A DNA stretch of 60,006 bases, counting the filler, from Sphacelaria rigidula (taxonomy: Eukaryota): NCBI GenBank assembly GCA_964200075.2. It is 7 parts of 7 records of this genome, joined end to end, with 100 filler letters (N's around TTAATTAATTAA, not from the genome) between each part and the next. Parts side by side here need not be neighbours in the genome. Positions count along the whole stretch, not along the records: positions 42,936 to 51,421 come from CAXNAA020010999.1; positions 51,522 to 60,006 come from CAXNAA020011000.1; 5 more parts are not named here. One strand, 5' to 3'. The position numbers and the translations under genes were made by a program. This document shows positions 49,526 to 60,006 of this stretch, piece by piece (position 1 is the first letter of the stretch; every line of letters starts with the position of its first letter). The notes below the pieces were generated by a model, which saw only the letters and a program-made list of their open reading frames with translations, did no database searches and was not told where the DNA came from.

Positions 49526-51421
49526 CGCGGTGCGGGAGTGCTGACCCAATCCGCGAGACCAAAACGCAAGGCGTGTACCGGGGGAGAGACGAGTTGCTCC
49601 CTTGAGACTACGGAGTCATCCCGAGGAAGGGAAGGGGTTCAAGGTGCGACAAATAATAAATCAGTAAATAACAATAATTGCTGCCAAGACATGAAATCTT
49701 TGAGGTTTCAAGTATACGTGATGGAGAACTGAGTAAAACTCTCTCGACCGCGGTTTTGAGTGTATATGTTGCACTTTTTTTAGTCAAAATGTGCTAACTG
49801 CAACAGGGATGTCTAGCCGAAGGAGCGGATTTTTTTCCTGGCAGTCTCGCCGTACCCCCCCCCCCCCCCTGCATTTTCGGAATATTTTCCGTTCGCCCCC
49901 CATGTCCCAGGCCATTTGTGAGGGCCATTGAACAATTTCCTATGCATATGTTCCCGAATGAATGCCCAAGTCACTGGTATGGGGCGCATCTAATTTTACT
50001 CGGCTTAACTAGATTCTTGGAGTCATGCGCTGCCCACAGCCTAGATTCTTGGAACAGTTCTCACGTTTGCTCAAAACCTCACTCTGGTTCCAAGAGTCGG
50101 AAGACGAACTCTCGCACACATGCGCCCGCAGGCACTCGCGAGGCCGACAGAGTTCGGTTGGTTCCGGTTCGGTCGCTTTAACCGTTTTTTTGGGGGGTCA
50201 TAAGCTGCCGGAAGTTGGCCGGAGACTCCAGATTCCCGGAAAAACGACAAGTTTTACTCCAAATTTGACGCCGGTTTCAACGGATTAGGAACCAAAAGAT
50301 CACATACGTGTTCCTGGAGGCAAACCCAACGCTACCAGTGTCCGGGTTCGTCGGAGCCCCGTTGCTTTGTGTCGTTCTTGGGGTTATTCACATGCCGTCG
50401 GAAGTGGTTGGGGACCCCAGATCCCCGGGACATTTTCACGGTTGCCCTGAAATTCAAGGTTCGGACGAATCATGGCTAGTTCCTCTGATGAGTTAATATA
50501 CGATTTGGGAGGCCGAAGTGCTCGAAAGAGAAAAGCCACATCGCCGGCGGGTCAAAAATGCGCCCTCTACGCAAACTTGACGCTATTGAACGTGCCTACC
50601 TGGGGTGCGCGTACCTGGGGTGCAACGCTGAAAACAAAGCCCGAGGATTGATTCGTACGGTACGAATCAATCACACTGGCACCGAGTAATATTCACACGA
50701 ATCGTTCATTCGCCCTGCCCTTTTGGAGTTTCACACCGAGGTTTTGGGAGTTGGAAGGCGAAGCTCTACACACGAGTCTTGGAGGAGGCAAGGCTGACGT
50801 CGCCAGTGTTTGTTCGGTCGAGTTAAGCGGCAAATTGGGGGGCATCATGTGCCAGAAGTGGCCGGGGACTCCCCATTTTATCGGAATGAGTTCATGTTTG
50901 CTCGGAACCTCATGCCGGTATTGATAAATGGGATTCGGAATTTCACACAAGCAGGTCCGACTTGGCCAGTTTTCGATTGGTCGCATTTTTTTTTTTTTTT
51001 CGATTTTGTCGATTTCTTGGGGTCACGGTTCGCCAGCTTTTGAGGATAAGTACAAAGACCGGGACGGAAGCACGGCTGTTCATCTAGTCTTGTCAATAGC
51101 GCTTGCGTCGTGGTTGATTTGTTTTGGGCCCAGCACGGGCAGCTCCAACTTTGGCGTTTACCTCCACCGTCTTCTTGGCTGAAAAGGGGGGAGTGTTAGC
51201 CCGCTTTCGTGTGTTGCCGAAAAAAAGCCATGGTCGGTCTACGCCGTTTCTGCTCCCTAATGGCTTCATTTTTGTTTACGTGATCGTTCGCGCACGACCA
51301 TGAGGCCAGATATGGAGCTCTTAGCTTTTTCATCTAGTACATGTCCTGTAAGGAATAACAGGGACGGTATTGGAAAGGCAAGCCTACGTCTGTGACCACG
51401 GGTTCGCGAGATCGGACTAAT

Positions 51422-51521
51422 NNNNNNNNNNNNNNNNNNNNNNNNNNNNNNNNNNNNNNNNNNNNTTAATTAATTAANNNNNNNNNNNNNNNNNNNNNNN
51501 NNNNNNNNNNNNNNNNNNNNN
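51422..51521. other. Artificial contig linker
   Basis: N44-TTAATTAATTAA-N44. Confidence 0.99.
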
Positions 51522-53828
51522 CAGATATGCCACTTCAGCCCCATGTTTTGTATGAACCCCAAAATATAAAATCGGCTGTTATATGATATATAATATACAA
51601 ATTATAATATGTAAGGATCTCTCCTGTCTACGGCAGCTGACCGCATCCGCCAACGCTTCGGCCAAAAACCAGGGGACACACGGCTGGGTGTCCCACCCCT
51701 CAAAAACTCGAATTTTCGATCTTGGGGTCTACGTGTCCTGAAAAAAATAAAATCGCTGCCCCCTGGTGACGCGTGTATTTTTGGCTCACCTCCCACAGGT
51801 AGGGGTAACTCAAAGTGAAACGAAATAACTTCGCGTTGTTGATTGACAGCTGCACAGTCGTCATGTGCTCGTTTCAACTCTGTGTACGGCACTTTGATCT
51901 CACCCCACTTCTATGCAGGCCGGAACACAGCATGCAGCACTATAATTGTTCATGCACTCTCCAGCAAGCATCACACTGCGATCGTCGCAGAGTGTGTTGA
52001 TGCACAACAGCACAGCGACGACTACAGCGAAGAAATGATGGATGTGGGAAGCGCCTTGTTCGTTTGACTGGAGTGTCTAGAGACCGCTGCGTGCCGACAG
52101 CGTGCCGACAGCACTATTTTTCGAAGCGAACGCGATGACAGAAGTAAAGCAACTCAGGCAGTCAGTCCCGGCGGGGACCAAGCCGTCTTCGAAACGGCCT
52201 GGAGACATCACAGCGCAGCGACAGCTACAACGCAAGAGACAGCGCATGAGTGTGTTTGTGCTGCGGCACAGTGATACAGGACATGTCCCATGCGATAGTT
52301 CTTCCCCTGATCTCGGATGGGCTCGATTTTGGCAGAGAGGCGGTTTCCAAGGCTGAGCCAATTTGCTTCACCTTGAGTTATCTCCTTGCTTGCTGCTCTG
52401 CCTTGCCTGTTGCGGGATTGGATGATACACCATCTTGTACTACAATTTGGCTGCTGTCTGCTGTGCGGTATCTGTATGTACAGTAGGTTCTGAAAGCACA
52501 ACAATGTAGGCGTGTTCAGATTCTAAGAAGTAACACTGCAAACACTGCAGGAACTCTGTGTTGTGCTCAGCGTACTACCCTGTACTCCATATAATGGGGT
52601 CACGTTTTGAGCAGTTTTTGAAAAGTCCTGCTTGTTTTTGAAAAGTATTCTGAAAAAACGAGACAGTTCTCTGTCACAGAAATCCAATGCCGAATCTGGA
52701 ATGGCCTGAGACAACAACCAATTTGAAAATTGGAATATCGCTAGAAGAACACTACCACAACCACCTTGCCGGCTGCTAGACTGTCAGGATGTAGGATCCG
52801 CTAGCATTGCTACTGTTTGTACGGGGATGTTGCCCCTTTGTCGGGTCCGTGACAGAACGCGATGATGGTCGCGTCAGCAGCTGCACGCTGGGCGTTCTCA
52901 CTCAAGACTTCGATTTTGAGTACGATGCTAGGTAGGCATCAGCAACTGCTGTGTGTCCAGGTGCCCCTTGGAGCAAGATGCGTTTGGTTTCTGTTCGAAG
53001 TTTTCCCCAGAAGATCGAAATCAATAGGGGTTTTAGAGTGGAAAAATCTAGCAAGAAAAATTCGCAAGAGTCAAGTCGCAAAAAACCGGTTAGCCGAATT
53101 TTTCACCCGGAGCAGAAACCAATTTCGCTTCGTGAAATTGGAATATAAAATCGAAGGCGAAACTTTTTTAAAAGCAGAAGCATCACTACAATACAACGTG
53201 ATGCGATTTTGCAGGGTGGCACTTCTGCAAATGGAAAGTGGCCCAGCCAATTCAACACCTGCATTCCAAGTACTCGTGATCGTCGAGGGCATTTGCAAAG
53301 GCAGATATCCGGCTTGAGCTCCGCAAACACGACACAACACAGTCACGTCTGAACGGTTTATCCGTCGAGGAAAGGAAGAATCTAGTCGTGCAGCATTTTT
53401 CGCAGAATAACACCCACCGCTGCAGTGCTGTAGACGACGTCACAGAATATCAACGTCGATCAAGGCCACCCTGATCTCGAACAGGCCAACCGCTCCTGAC
53501 AAAACCATAGAGTACTCCTCAAGGAAAGCGAGTGCCTGAAAATCGCTGTGATATAGTGCAACAAAGCTTCCGCAGGAGAAAAATTACTCCAAGAACCCTT
53601 CGTTGTCATGTCATAACCTACAACTTCAATACAGTACATAATCCCATGACCATACTGCACAGGATTCTTACACGAGCACAGCATCGGGGACCACAGGACA
53701 GCGCTGTAGTGACTGTGCCGTTTCGTACCCAACAAGTTGCTCTCCGAAGGGACAAGAGCAAGGGAAGAGAGAGAGGGACAGAGAAAGAGGGACAGAGACA
53801 AGGAGACAAGAAGAAGTGATAATTTGCA

Positions 53829-54125
53829 TCAAGAATTAAAACACGCCAGACTCCGGAGATACTCTTCTAACCGAGCGTCAAAAGCGGGGAGTCGAATGGG
53901 CGACCCATCGACAGGATTGAACTGAGGGTGCTTGGCCACGTAGTCTACAAAAATTCCCGAGTACAGGTGCTTCAAATTTGGCCGCAAATCGCCAGCGTTG
54001 TTATCCGTGTTGAGCACGAACCGCAGTCCGCTGCCCGTTTCAAGGTGATGTAACGTATAAGTTGCAGTCTTCAGCGCGTGAAGACCCGCGGCCGCTGGTT
54101 CTTTGGACATTTTGGTGACCAATTC
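53829..54125 (-). CDS. TRAPPC1: Trafficking protein particle complex subunit 1 (Bet5), last coding exon
   Basis: ACGCAG| acceptor; ELVTKMS...YTLHHLETGSGLRFVLNTD...LKHLYSGIFVDYVAKHP...FDARLEEYLRSL* matches the TRAPPC1/Bet5 longin-fold C-terminal two-thirds. Confidence 0.92.
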   Translation of the reverse strand, partial: ELVTKMSKEPAAAGLHALKTATYTLHHLETGSGLRFVLNTDNNAGDLRPNLKHLYSGIFVDYVAKHPQFNPVDGSPIRLPAFDARLEEYLRSLACFNS

Positions 54126-54756
54126 CTGCGTTGTGGAAAGAAAGGGTGCACCCGGGTGGGTCGGTGGGATGCGTGTGTCTCGTGAAAAAATCCAACAAAT
54201 GAAAAAAAAAAACTTTTAGTAACAAACGACGGGAATAGCAGATCGTGAACAGGATAACCCTCCCACCAATATCTGTGTTTTCCCCACTAATACTTAGTAA
54301 TATTGCACTCCCTGGACAATATATAGTTAGTAGATGCAATAGACAAATAGTGTACTGGGTCAAGCGTTGGCCTACACTTGACCCAGTACATCGTTTGTCT
54401 AATGCATCCATCGATCATATATTGTCCCGGGAGTGTAGTCTTCACACCTTATCTAGGTAAGTTTCCAAAGTGACCCACTATGGACTCATGAAAAATAGCA
54501 AAAGTGGGCGTAATTTATTGTACGCCATTCACTCACGCGTCTTGTGCCAAGCGCATCTACAATGCCAACTTCAGGTCAGAGAGCTCCACCGTGAGACTCT
54601 TCCCTGAAAAACTCTTGAGAATTTTCATTCGGCTATGCTCGAGCTAGAGCACTGTTTTCCCAGGACGATCCACTTGAGTAGTCGAACCTGCGAAATCATT
54701 TTATCTGAAGTATGTCTATCATGTGGCCACGGCTAGATCCCTGGGGGACCACTTAA

Positions 54757-54998
54757 CCCTTTTGGAACCGTTGATGGAAAAGTGACGATTTACAACTGAC
54801 GTTTTCTTAGGCAAGATACGGTTGTTCTTCTGCAAGTGAAGTGTTGATGCAGCCCACCAAGACGGTGCATCACTCTAAGTTCAAGTATTCTGATGTGACA
54901 GATTCGTGCACCATACTCGAAGTGACGTTTTCCCGGTGACGAAAGTTCGCATATCAAAGGTTGTAAATCGTCACTTTTCCATCAACATTTCCAAAGAA
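54757..54998. mobile_element. piggyBac-like MITE in the TRAPPC1 intron
   Basis: 27-bp perfect inverted repeat GTTGATGGAAAAGTGACGATTTACAAC (54770-54796 / 54960-54986); left end TTAA|CCC; right flank TTGA (degenerate TTAA). Confidence 0.7.
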
Positions 54999-56205
54999 TT
55001 GATGTGCGACTATCAATGAATCGAACAGTCAATGAATATTATCGAGCTCCAAGCCTAAAAAATACTGTCTTTCATGCTCTGGGTCTGTATGCTATCCCCG
55101 GACGTCCGAATTGGTTACACGGTGAGTCGTTCGGTTGAATGAACACTATTTCCCCTTGAAAAATGAACGGGAGACCAACGTGGCGCACCCCGAGGGTCGA
55201 AGGGTTCACACGTCGGACAGACTACGATCCGTCTGAAAATTACTTCTTCTCAGCGTAAGGATCCGGCTCATGATCCGGATCAATTGACCTCCCTTTTCCA
55301 TGTTTGCTGCTTACAGCGCCGGATGCCGAGCACGCCGAGTAGTGCAGAGGTTGCGCGTTGGCTCTTCTGACTCCGCGGTCACATATTTTGTGTTTCGGGG
55401 CCAACGGATTCCACAGTCTTCTTTGATTAGTTGTTTCAGACAGATCATGATCTGTACGACGTGTTGAAGGTCCACACCGGCTTGGGATCATTGGTACAGT
55501 CGGATCCCTGGGGGGTTACATCAAGTGCGACACTCAAAATTGTATCAAACTACATATCGACAGTTGCAGATGAACGCCGATCTCTTGCAGGAGGGCGATG
55601 AAGAACGGAGGGGTATTCCAGGCGGAGAAATCTACCGTAGAGGAGGGTGACTTGATCCCTCTGTCGGGCGACGGAAGCAGCGCGGCGTATAGGGCGGCGA
55701 TTAGACACTGCAAAACATACTTTTGTTCGAGCGATGAAGAATGCCGCTAGACCTATGTCGGAAGTGGGACTTGACAAGAGTGTGGCCAACAGAATAGCAT
55801 CACGCCTTGTAAATTCTGACAGGATGGTGCTGTTTCGTAGGCCTCATCCTAGCTGCGTCCTACACTCGGCATAGATCTAAGGGCGGCCGCCTCCATCACC
55901 CATACAAGAAGCGTGTCGTGGCACCTAATCCCCACCTCCGATGTAGCATTCTCCGCTTGTAACATCTCTCAGTATTCCTTACCATCCCCTTGCGAAAGAT
56001 CGGCGTACCATCTGCCGCGGCCACTGCTACTACTGCTGCTGTTGCCAATGCCTATAGTCCCTCTGTCCCATAAGTCTGGGGAGTTATGTTTGTACGAGCC
56101 CTTGACGGTGTCGGATGTCTTCGGCGTTAATTTTTCCAAAATCTTGAGCGTTTTTCGGGTTGAAACACATTTTTTCTTTTCTTTTCTTGTGCACTACCCT
56201 GCATG

Positions 56206-56830
56206 TGCTAGCGGCTAACAAAAAAGTAGTCAGGCCAAAAATGGCCGTATTTTGACCACTTTCCACTGGGGGCACTTTCAAAAAACAACACCAAAAATCC
56301 CCAAGAATTATCCCCAACCCTAAACCTAACCCCCATCTACTCAACGATCCATGTCGCATCCCCCATACTGAAACCAGTATAGTGACACCACACTAAAAAC
56401 AAGACACTTGGGGGTCTAACACTAAAACCAAGACACTTGGGGGGCAAACCAAACAGTAGCCCCCCCCTCTACTCAAGGCTCCGACTCAACGATCCATGTC
56501 GCGTCCCCCATACTAAAACCATTATAATAGCGTCCCCACACTAAAACCAAGACACTTGAGGGTCCCCAGGGGAAAACAAACGATTAGTTGTCCATAGCAA
56601 CCTCCACCGCGATAGCAATGCGGCGGCCCACGGATAGCCCGCCGCCCTTGCAACGGGGGGGGGGGGTACTTGGGAGCAAGTCCATGGTATTGTGTTGTCT
56701 GTGGGCTAGGTTTAGGGGTGGTGAACACGAATTCTCAAAAAAAATCTCGAAAAAAATCTCGAAAATGGGCCAAAATGTGCATATTTTGACTTCATTTAGT
56801 GTGGACAACCGGCTTTTTCTTTTTTTTGCA
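56206..56830. repeat. Composite repeat with inverted telomere-like motifs and internal direct repeats
   Basis: AACCCTAAACCTAACCCC (56316-56333) vs GGGCTAGGTTTAGGGG (56703-56718); CTCAACGATCCATGTCGC twice; ACACTAAAA-CAAGACACTTG three times. Boundaries approximate. Confidence 0.55.
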
Positions 56831-57611
56831 TCAGCTTCGTTGAGACTTCATCTTTCCAACGAACCTAACTATAGGATGATCAGAAAAGTATAAGTGCACA
56901 AACAATTACACGCCCATAACTCCCCAGACTTATGGACCAGAGGAAGTATGCAATCAATATCAAATACCAACGGACCTAAGCCCGTAATGATCCCGTGACA
57001 TTGTCATCCAAGCCTTCATCTACTTCCCCACTCATGACCGCGAGTACCGTCTGCGAATACACCAGTATTCTCGTGTTTCCGAGGGTAGGGGACTGTGCAG
57101 TGCGTATTGTACAGCGAACCGGGCTGACTACAGATCAAATCGGGGGGGGGGGCAACTACAGCAGAATCAAGCGAAAAATCTTGGAACTCTTTCCGCGGAT
57201 GATTTCGGTGCTCATTAACCCGGTCATATTTTCACCCGGAGTAAGTACGTTGGTGTAATACATACGAACCTGTTGTCCGAGCGAAATAAAATCATTCTCA
57301 TTGATTTAGTGTTGACATGTGTCTATTAGATATACGTGGGCAACAAACACATTGTGTACAATATGATGCAGCGATAATTATTCAACCCTCGCGTCAAGTG
57401 TCCATGCTGTCGTTGAAAGCTCCCGCTGGTGATGGCTGCGTCGGTGGTATTATTATTATTGTCTCCTCGTCGTCGTCGTCGTCGTCGTCGTCGTTGAGGC
57501 TGCTCTTCGCCAGATCGCGGTCTTGTTGGCACGGAGATACTGTAGAGATATAAACTAGGCTACGCGAATCAGGCATACAAACGTAGCGAATCAAGACAAG
57601 TCATGACCCAC

Positions 57612-57722
57612 CTTGAGGGAGTATAGCATCCCAAACATAAGTCGCTGTTCTTCACCATCGTCCGCCGCGTTCTCGAGAGTGTTCTGGGGCCGGTTCCACT
57701 CCCTGTAGTAGAGACACTTTCC
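57612..57722 (-). CDS. TRAPPC1: TRAPPC1/Bet5 internal exon (GKCLYYREWNRPQNTLENAADDGEEQRLMFGMLYSLK)
   Basis: GCGCAG| acceptor and AAG|GTGGGT donor; 37 codons; G.CL.Y.EW...EE..LM.GML.S signature; splices in frame to 54125 across a 3.5-kb intron. The first exon was not found. Confidence 0.92.
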
Positions 57723-58060
57723 CTGCGCACACAGCAAGCGTACCAGCACTTAAGCGGGATATCTAACACCGACATTATGATGCCTTGGCGCAGAATGCGG
57801 AGTGAGTTTCGCAACGTGGCTATTTACGAATGAAGCACTGCTGCAACTGATTGGGAAAAATCGCAAGAAATAGTTTACGAATGAATCACGGCTACAATTA
57901 TTTTGGAAAAAACCGCGAGGAATACAGGGTGAAATAAAGTCGGGCTCGAGATTGTTCCGATTCAAGAGTAGCTTAACTACCGACAACAACGCTCACCACT
58001 TGAGAAAAACGGCTCGGGCAAGAGACATACTCTCTCCTTTTCTTTCGTTTTCACTCACTC

Positions 58061-58108
58061 GATCAATCAATCAATCAATCAATCAATCATTCATTCAATC
58101 AAATCAAG
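58061..58108 (+). repeat. (CAAT)n microsatellite
   Basis: GATCAATCAATCAATCAATCAATCAATCATTCATTCAATC; same unit as the LINE tail. Confidence 0.85.
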
Positions 58109-58554
58109 TATTTCAAAAGGCCCTTTCCCGCACACTTTCCGGTGCAGCCACGTCGTGTTTTCATGCACTGGATCGGGAAAACTTTCCGGCCGCTCCAAAG
58201 GAAAATCTCAGCGGGTCGCTGATAGTTTTCATTTCGGGTGTTCGTGCGCATCTCTACATTTCTGTTTCTCGTGTACCGCTATCAGCGAGCCCAAAGTGCC
58301 GGAACGCACCTATACCAAGGTCTCCAAAAATCATAATCTCAGTTCAGCATTCATGAGCATATCCGGACGTGTATCTGTGGAAATACAGAGATTATATGAC
58401 TTTTGAGACCAACTTTTGCCATTCGTCACGGGAGACGTCAATGTCGGCGGACTTGAGTTCGTGACTTATGAAGCTCACCGTTAATCACCAGGTTATACTT
58501 CCCCACAAAGAAACTCGATGGGTAAATGATCACAAAGCACTCAGATTGACCGTG

Positions 58555-59482
58555 TAGATCCACACGACGGCTCTACACCGCAGGAGCTGTAAGCTGTAGA
58601 TCACGAATCGATTTAGCACGATAATATAAATCCAACACCAACAGCAAAATGCGCGAGAGTGAAGATGAAAACAGGTGCAATTGCTCGTGGTTTGCCTTGG
58701 CCAGAATACGGCCCCTGCAGACGTTGGTTATCATTCAGTTTTGGTTGCATCGAACCCGAGGGAAAAGTCCGCTGTACTCTGGTGGCGGAGAACCTGTGAT
58801 GCGTGTGCGCTTCGTTGCACTACAGGCAGCAGATATTGCACAGCCGTGGGCATCAGCGCTGTGTGATTGTCGATTAGTTTTCCGGCCGCACTGCTGTGAT
58901 CGCAGCAGACAAATCATGATCCCCGCGTATGTGTTCAACGAGCGGATCATTACTTGTGTTCAAACATTTGGAAAATGGTATCGGCGAGGCCCTCGCGAGC
59001 ATTGGCAGAAACGACATAACCGCCGAAATGGTTATCGCTGGCAATTTTCGTGAGGGTATCGACGGGATCATTCTCCAACTGTTTGAACACGAGTGATGCG
59101 CCCGTTAAACGGGGATATCAGCGGGACCATGGTTTGTCTACAGCGATCACAGTCGTTTGGCCTGAAAACTAATCGACGTGCACACAGCACTGATGCCCAC
59201 GGCTGTGAAATCTCTGCAACCTGTGGTACAAAGAAACGCACACCCATCACAGGTTCTCCGCTACCGGAGTACAGTACACTTCTTCTTTGGGTTCGATGCG
59301 ACCACAGCTGAATGATGACCGACGTCTACACGGGGTCGTGTGTTGGCCAAGGCAAACCGCGGGCAATCGCACCCGTTTCCATCTTGCACTCTCGCGGATT
59401 TCACTGTTGATTATCAACTACTACATCGATTCGTGACCTACCGCTTGCAGCTCCTGATGGGTAGGGTCATCGTGTGGATCTA
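58555..59482. repeat. 928-bp imperfect palindrome (foldback)
   Basis: Arms are reverse-complementary from TAGATCCACACGA / TCGTGTGGATCTA inward to a small central loop (ATAACC-GCCGAAAT-GGTTAT, about 59016-59035). Confidence 0.92.
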
Positions 59483-59936
59483 GTATGAGTGTGCTCGGGG
59501 TGCTCTGCAGCTTCGAGCACGCACAACTGTACAATGAGTCATCACCCCTCACATTCGGAGGGGCAGGTAAAACATGAGTATTTCCTGCACGAGGTGAAAC
59601 CTGTAGTTGTCTGTTCAGTCAGTCCCTTCTGTTGAAGCAATTCTGCTGAATCCACAACTTACGCAACAGGAAAACAACATTGATCCGACCATGATAAAAA
59701 AGAGTAGGGTGCTATGCGAGGGTGTGTGGTTCCAGAATTCGGCTACAGCTTTGTTGCGCCACACGAAGCACCCGGGAGACAGCTTGAACCCAAGCGGCTT
59801 GTTACGCAGACCTCCTGGGGGAAAACTCAGCTGAGCTGCTAACGCGAGATATAGAAATCGAGCAACAGCTGACCGAAAATGCAAGGGTATAATCTTGTGG
59901 AGGGCGTAAACTTGGTATACATTACTTGCAGAGCTA

Positions 59937-60006
59937 CCGGTCGCCCCGGTGGCTCAGTTGGTAACCTCGTAACCTTCTGACGGTTGAGTAGTGGGGTTCG
60001 ATTCCC
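59937..60006 (+). mobile_element. tRNA-derived SINE head (truncated by the window end)
   Basis: CCGGTCGCCCCGGTGGCTCAGTTGGTAACCT...GGTTCGATTCCC, near-identical to 250-325. Confidence 0.65.

Noticed and set aside
1..60006. A multi-gene system linking the RTs, the satellite and the host genes (retron-, DGR- or CRISPR-like)
   Set aside because: The components sit on different unlinked contigs, and the RTs are ordinary-architecture Gypsy and RTE-like pseudogenes.

Overview
This is eukaryotic DNA, not a prokaryotic locus. It consists of seven separate contigs of about 8.49 kb each (1-8488, 8589-17076, 17177-25663, 25764-34249, 34350-42835, 42936-51421, 51522-60006). They are sorted by decreasing length and joined by artificial 100-bp N44-TTAATTAATTAA-N44 linkers, so neighbouring contigs are not biologically linked. 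GT-AG intron-rich genes, a CEP164-type WW gene, poly-G tracts and the transposon content suggest a flagellated eukaryote, plausibly a stramenopile such as a brown alga (inference only). Contents: (1) two degenerate, near full-length copies of one Ty3/Gypsy LTR retrotransposon family with a chromodomain integrase, a WVDD RT motif and a palindromic, non-tRNA-like primer-binding region; (2) a degenerate RTE-like LINE that appears to split a 141-aa orphan ORF; (3) an 8.4-kb array of 151-bp satellite monomers with a 12-monomer (1812-bp) higher-order period and tRNA-like/hairpin features on the minus strand; (4) host gene fragments: 7 exons of a CEP164-like WW/coiled-coil gene, 2 exons of TRAPPC1/BET5 and 2 exons of an unknown gene; (5) tRNA-derived SINE heads, several MITEs and a 928-bp foldback palindrome. 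All assignments come from reading the sequence by eye; no searches were run.
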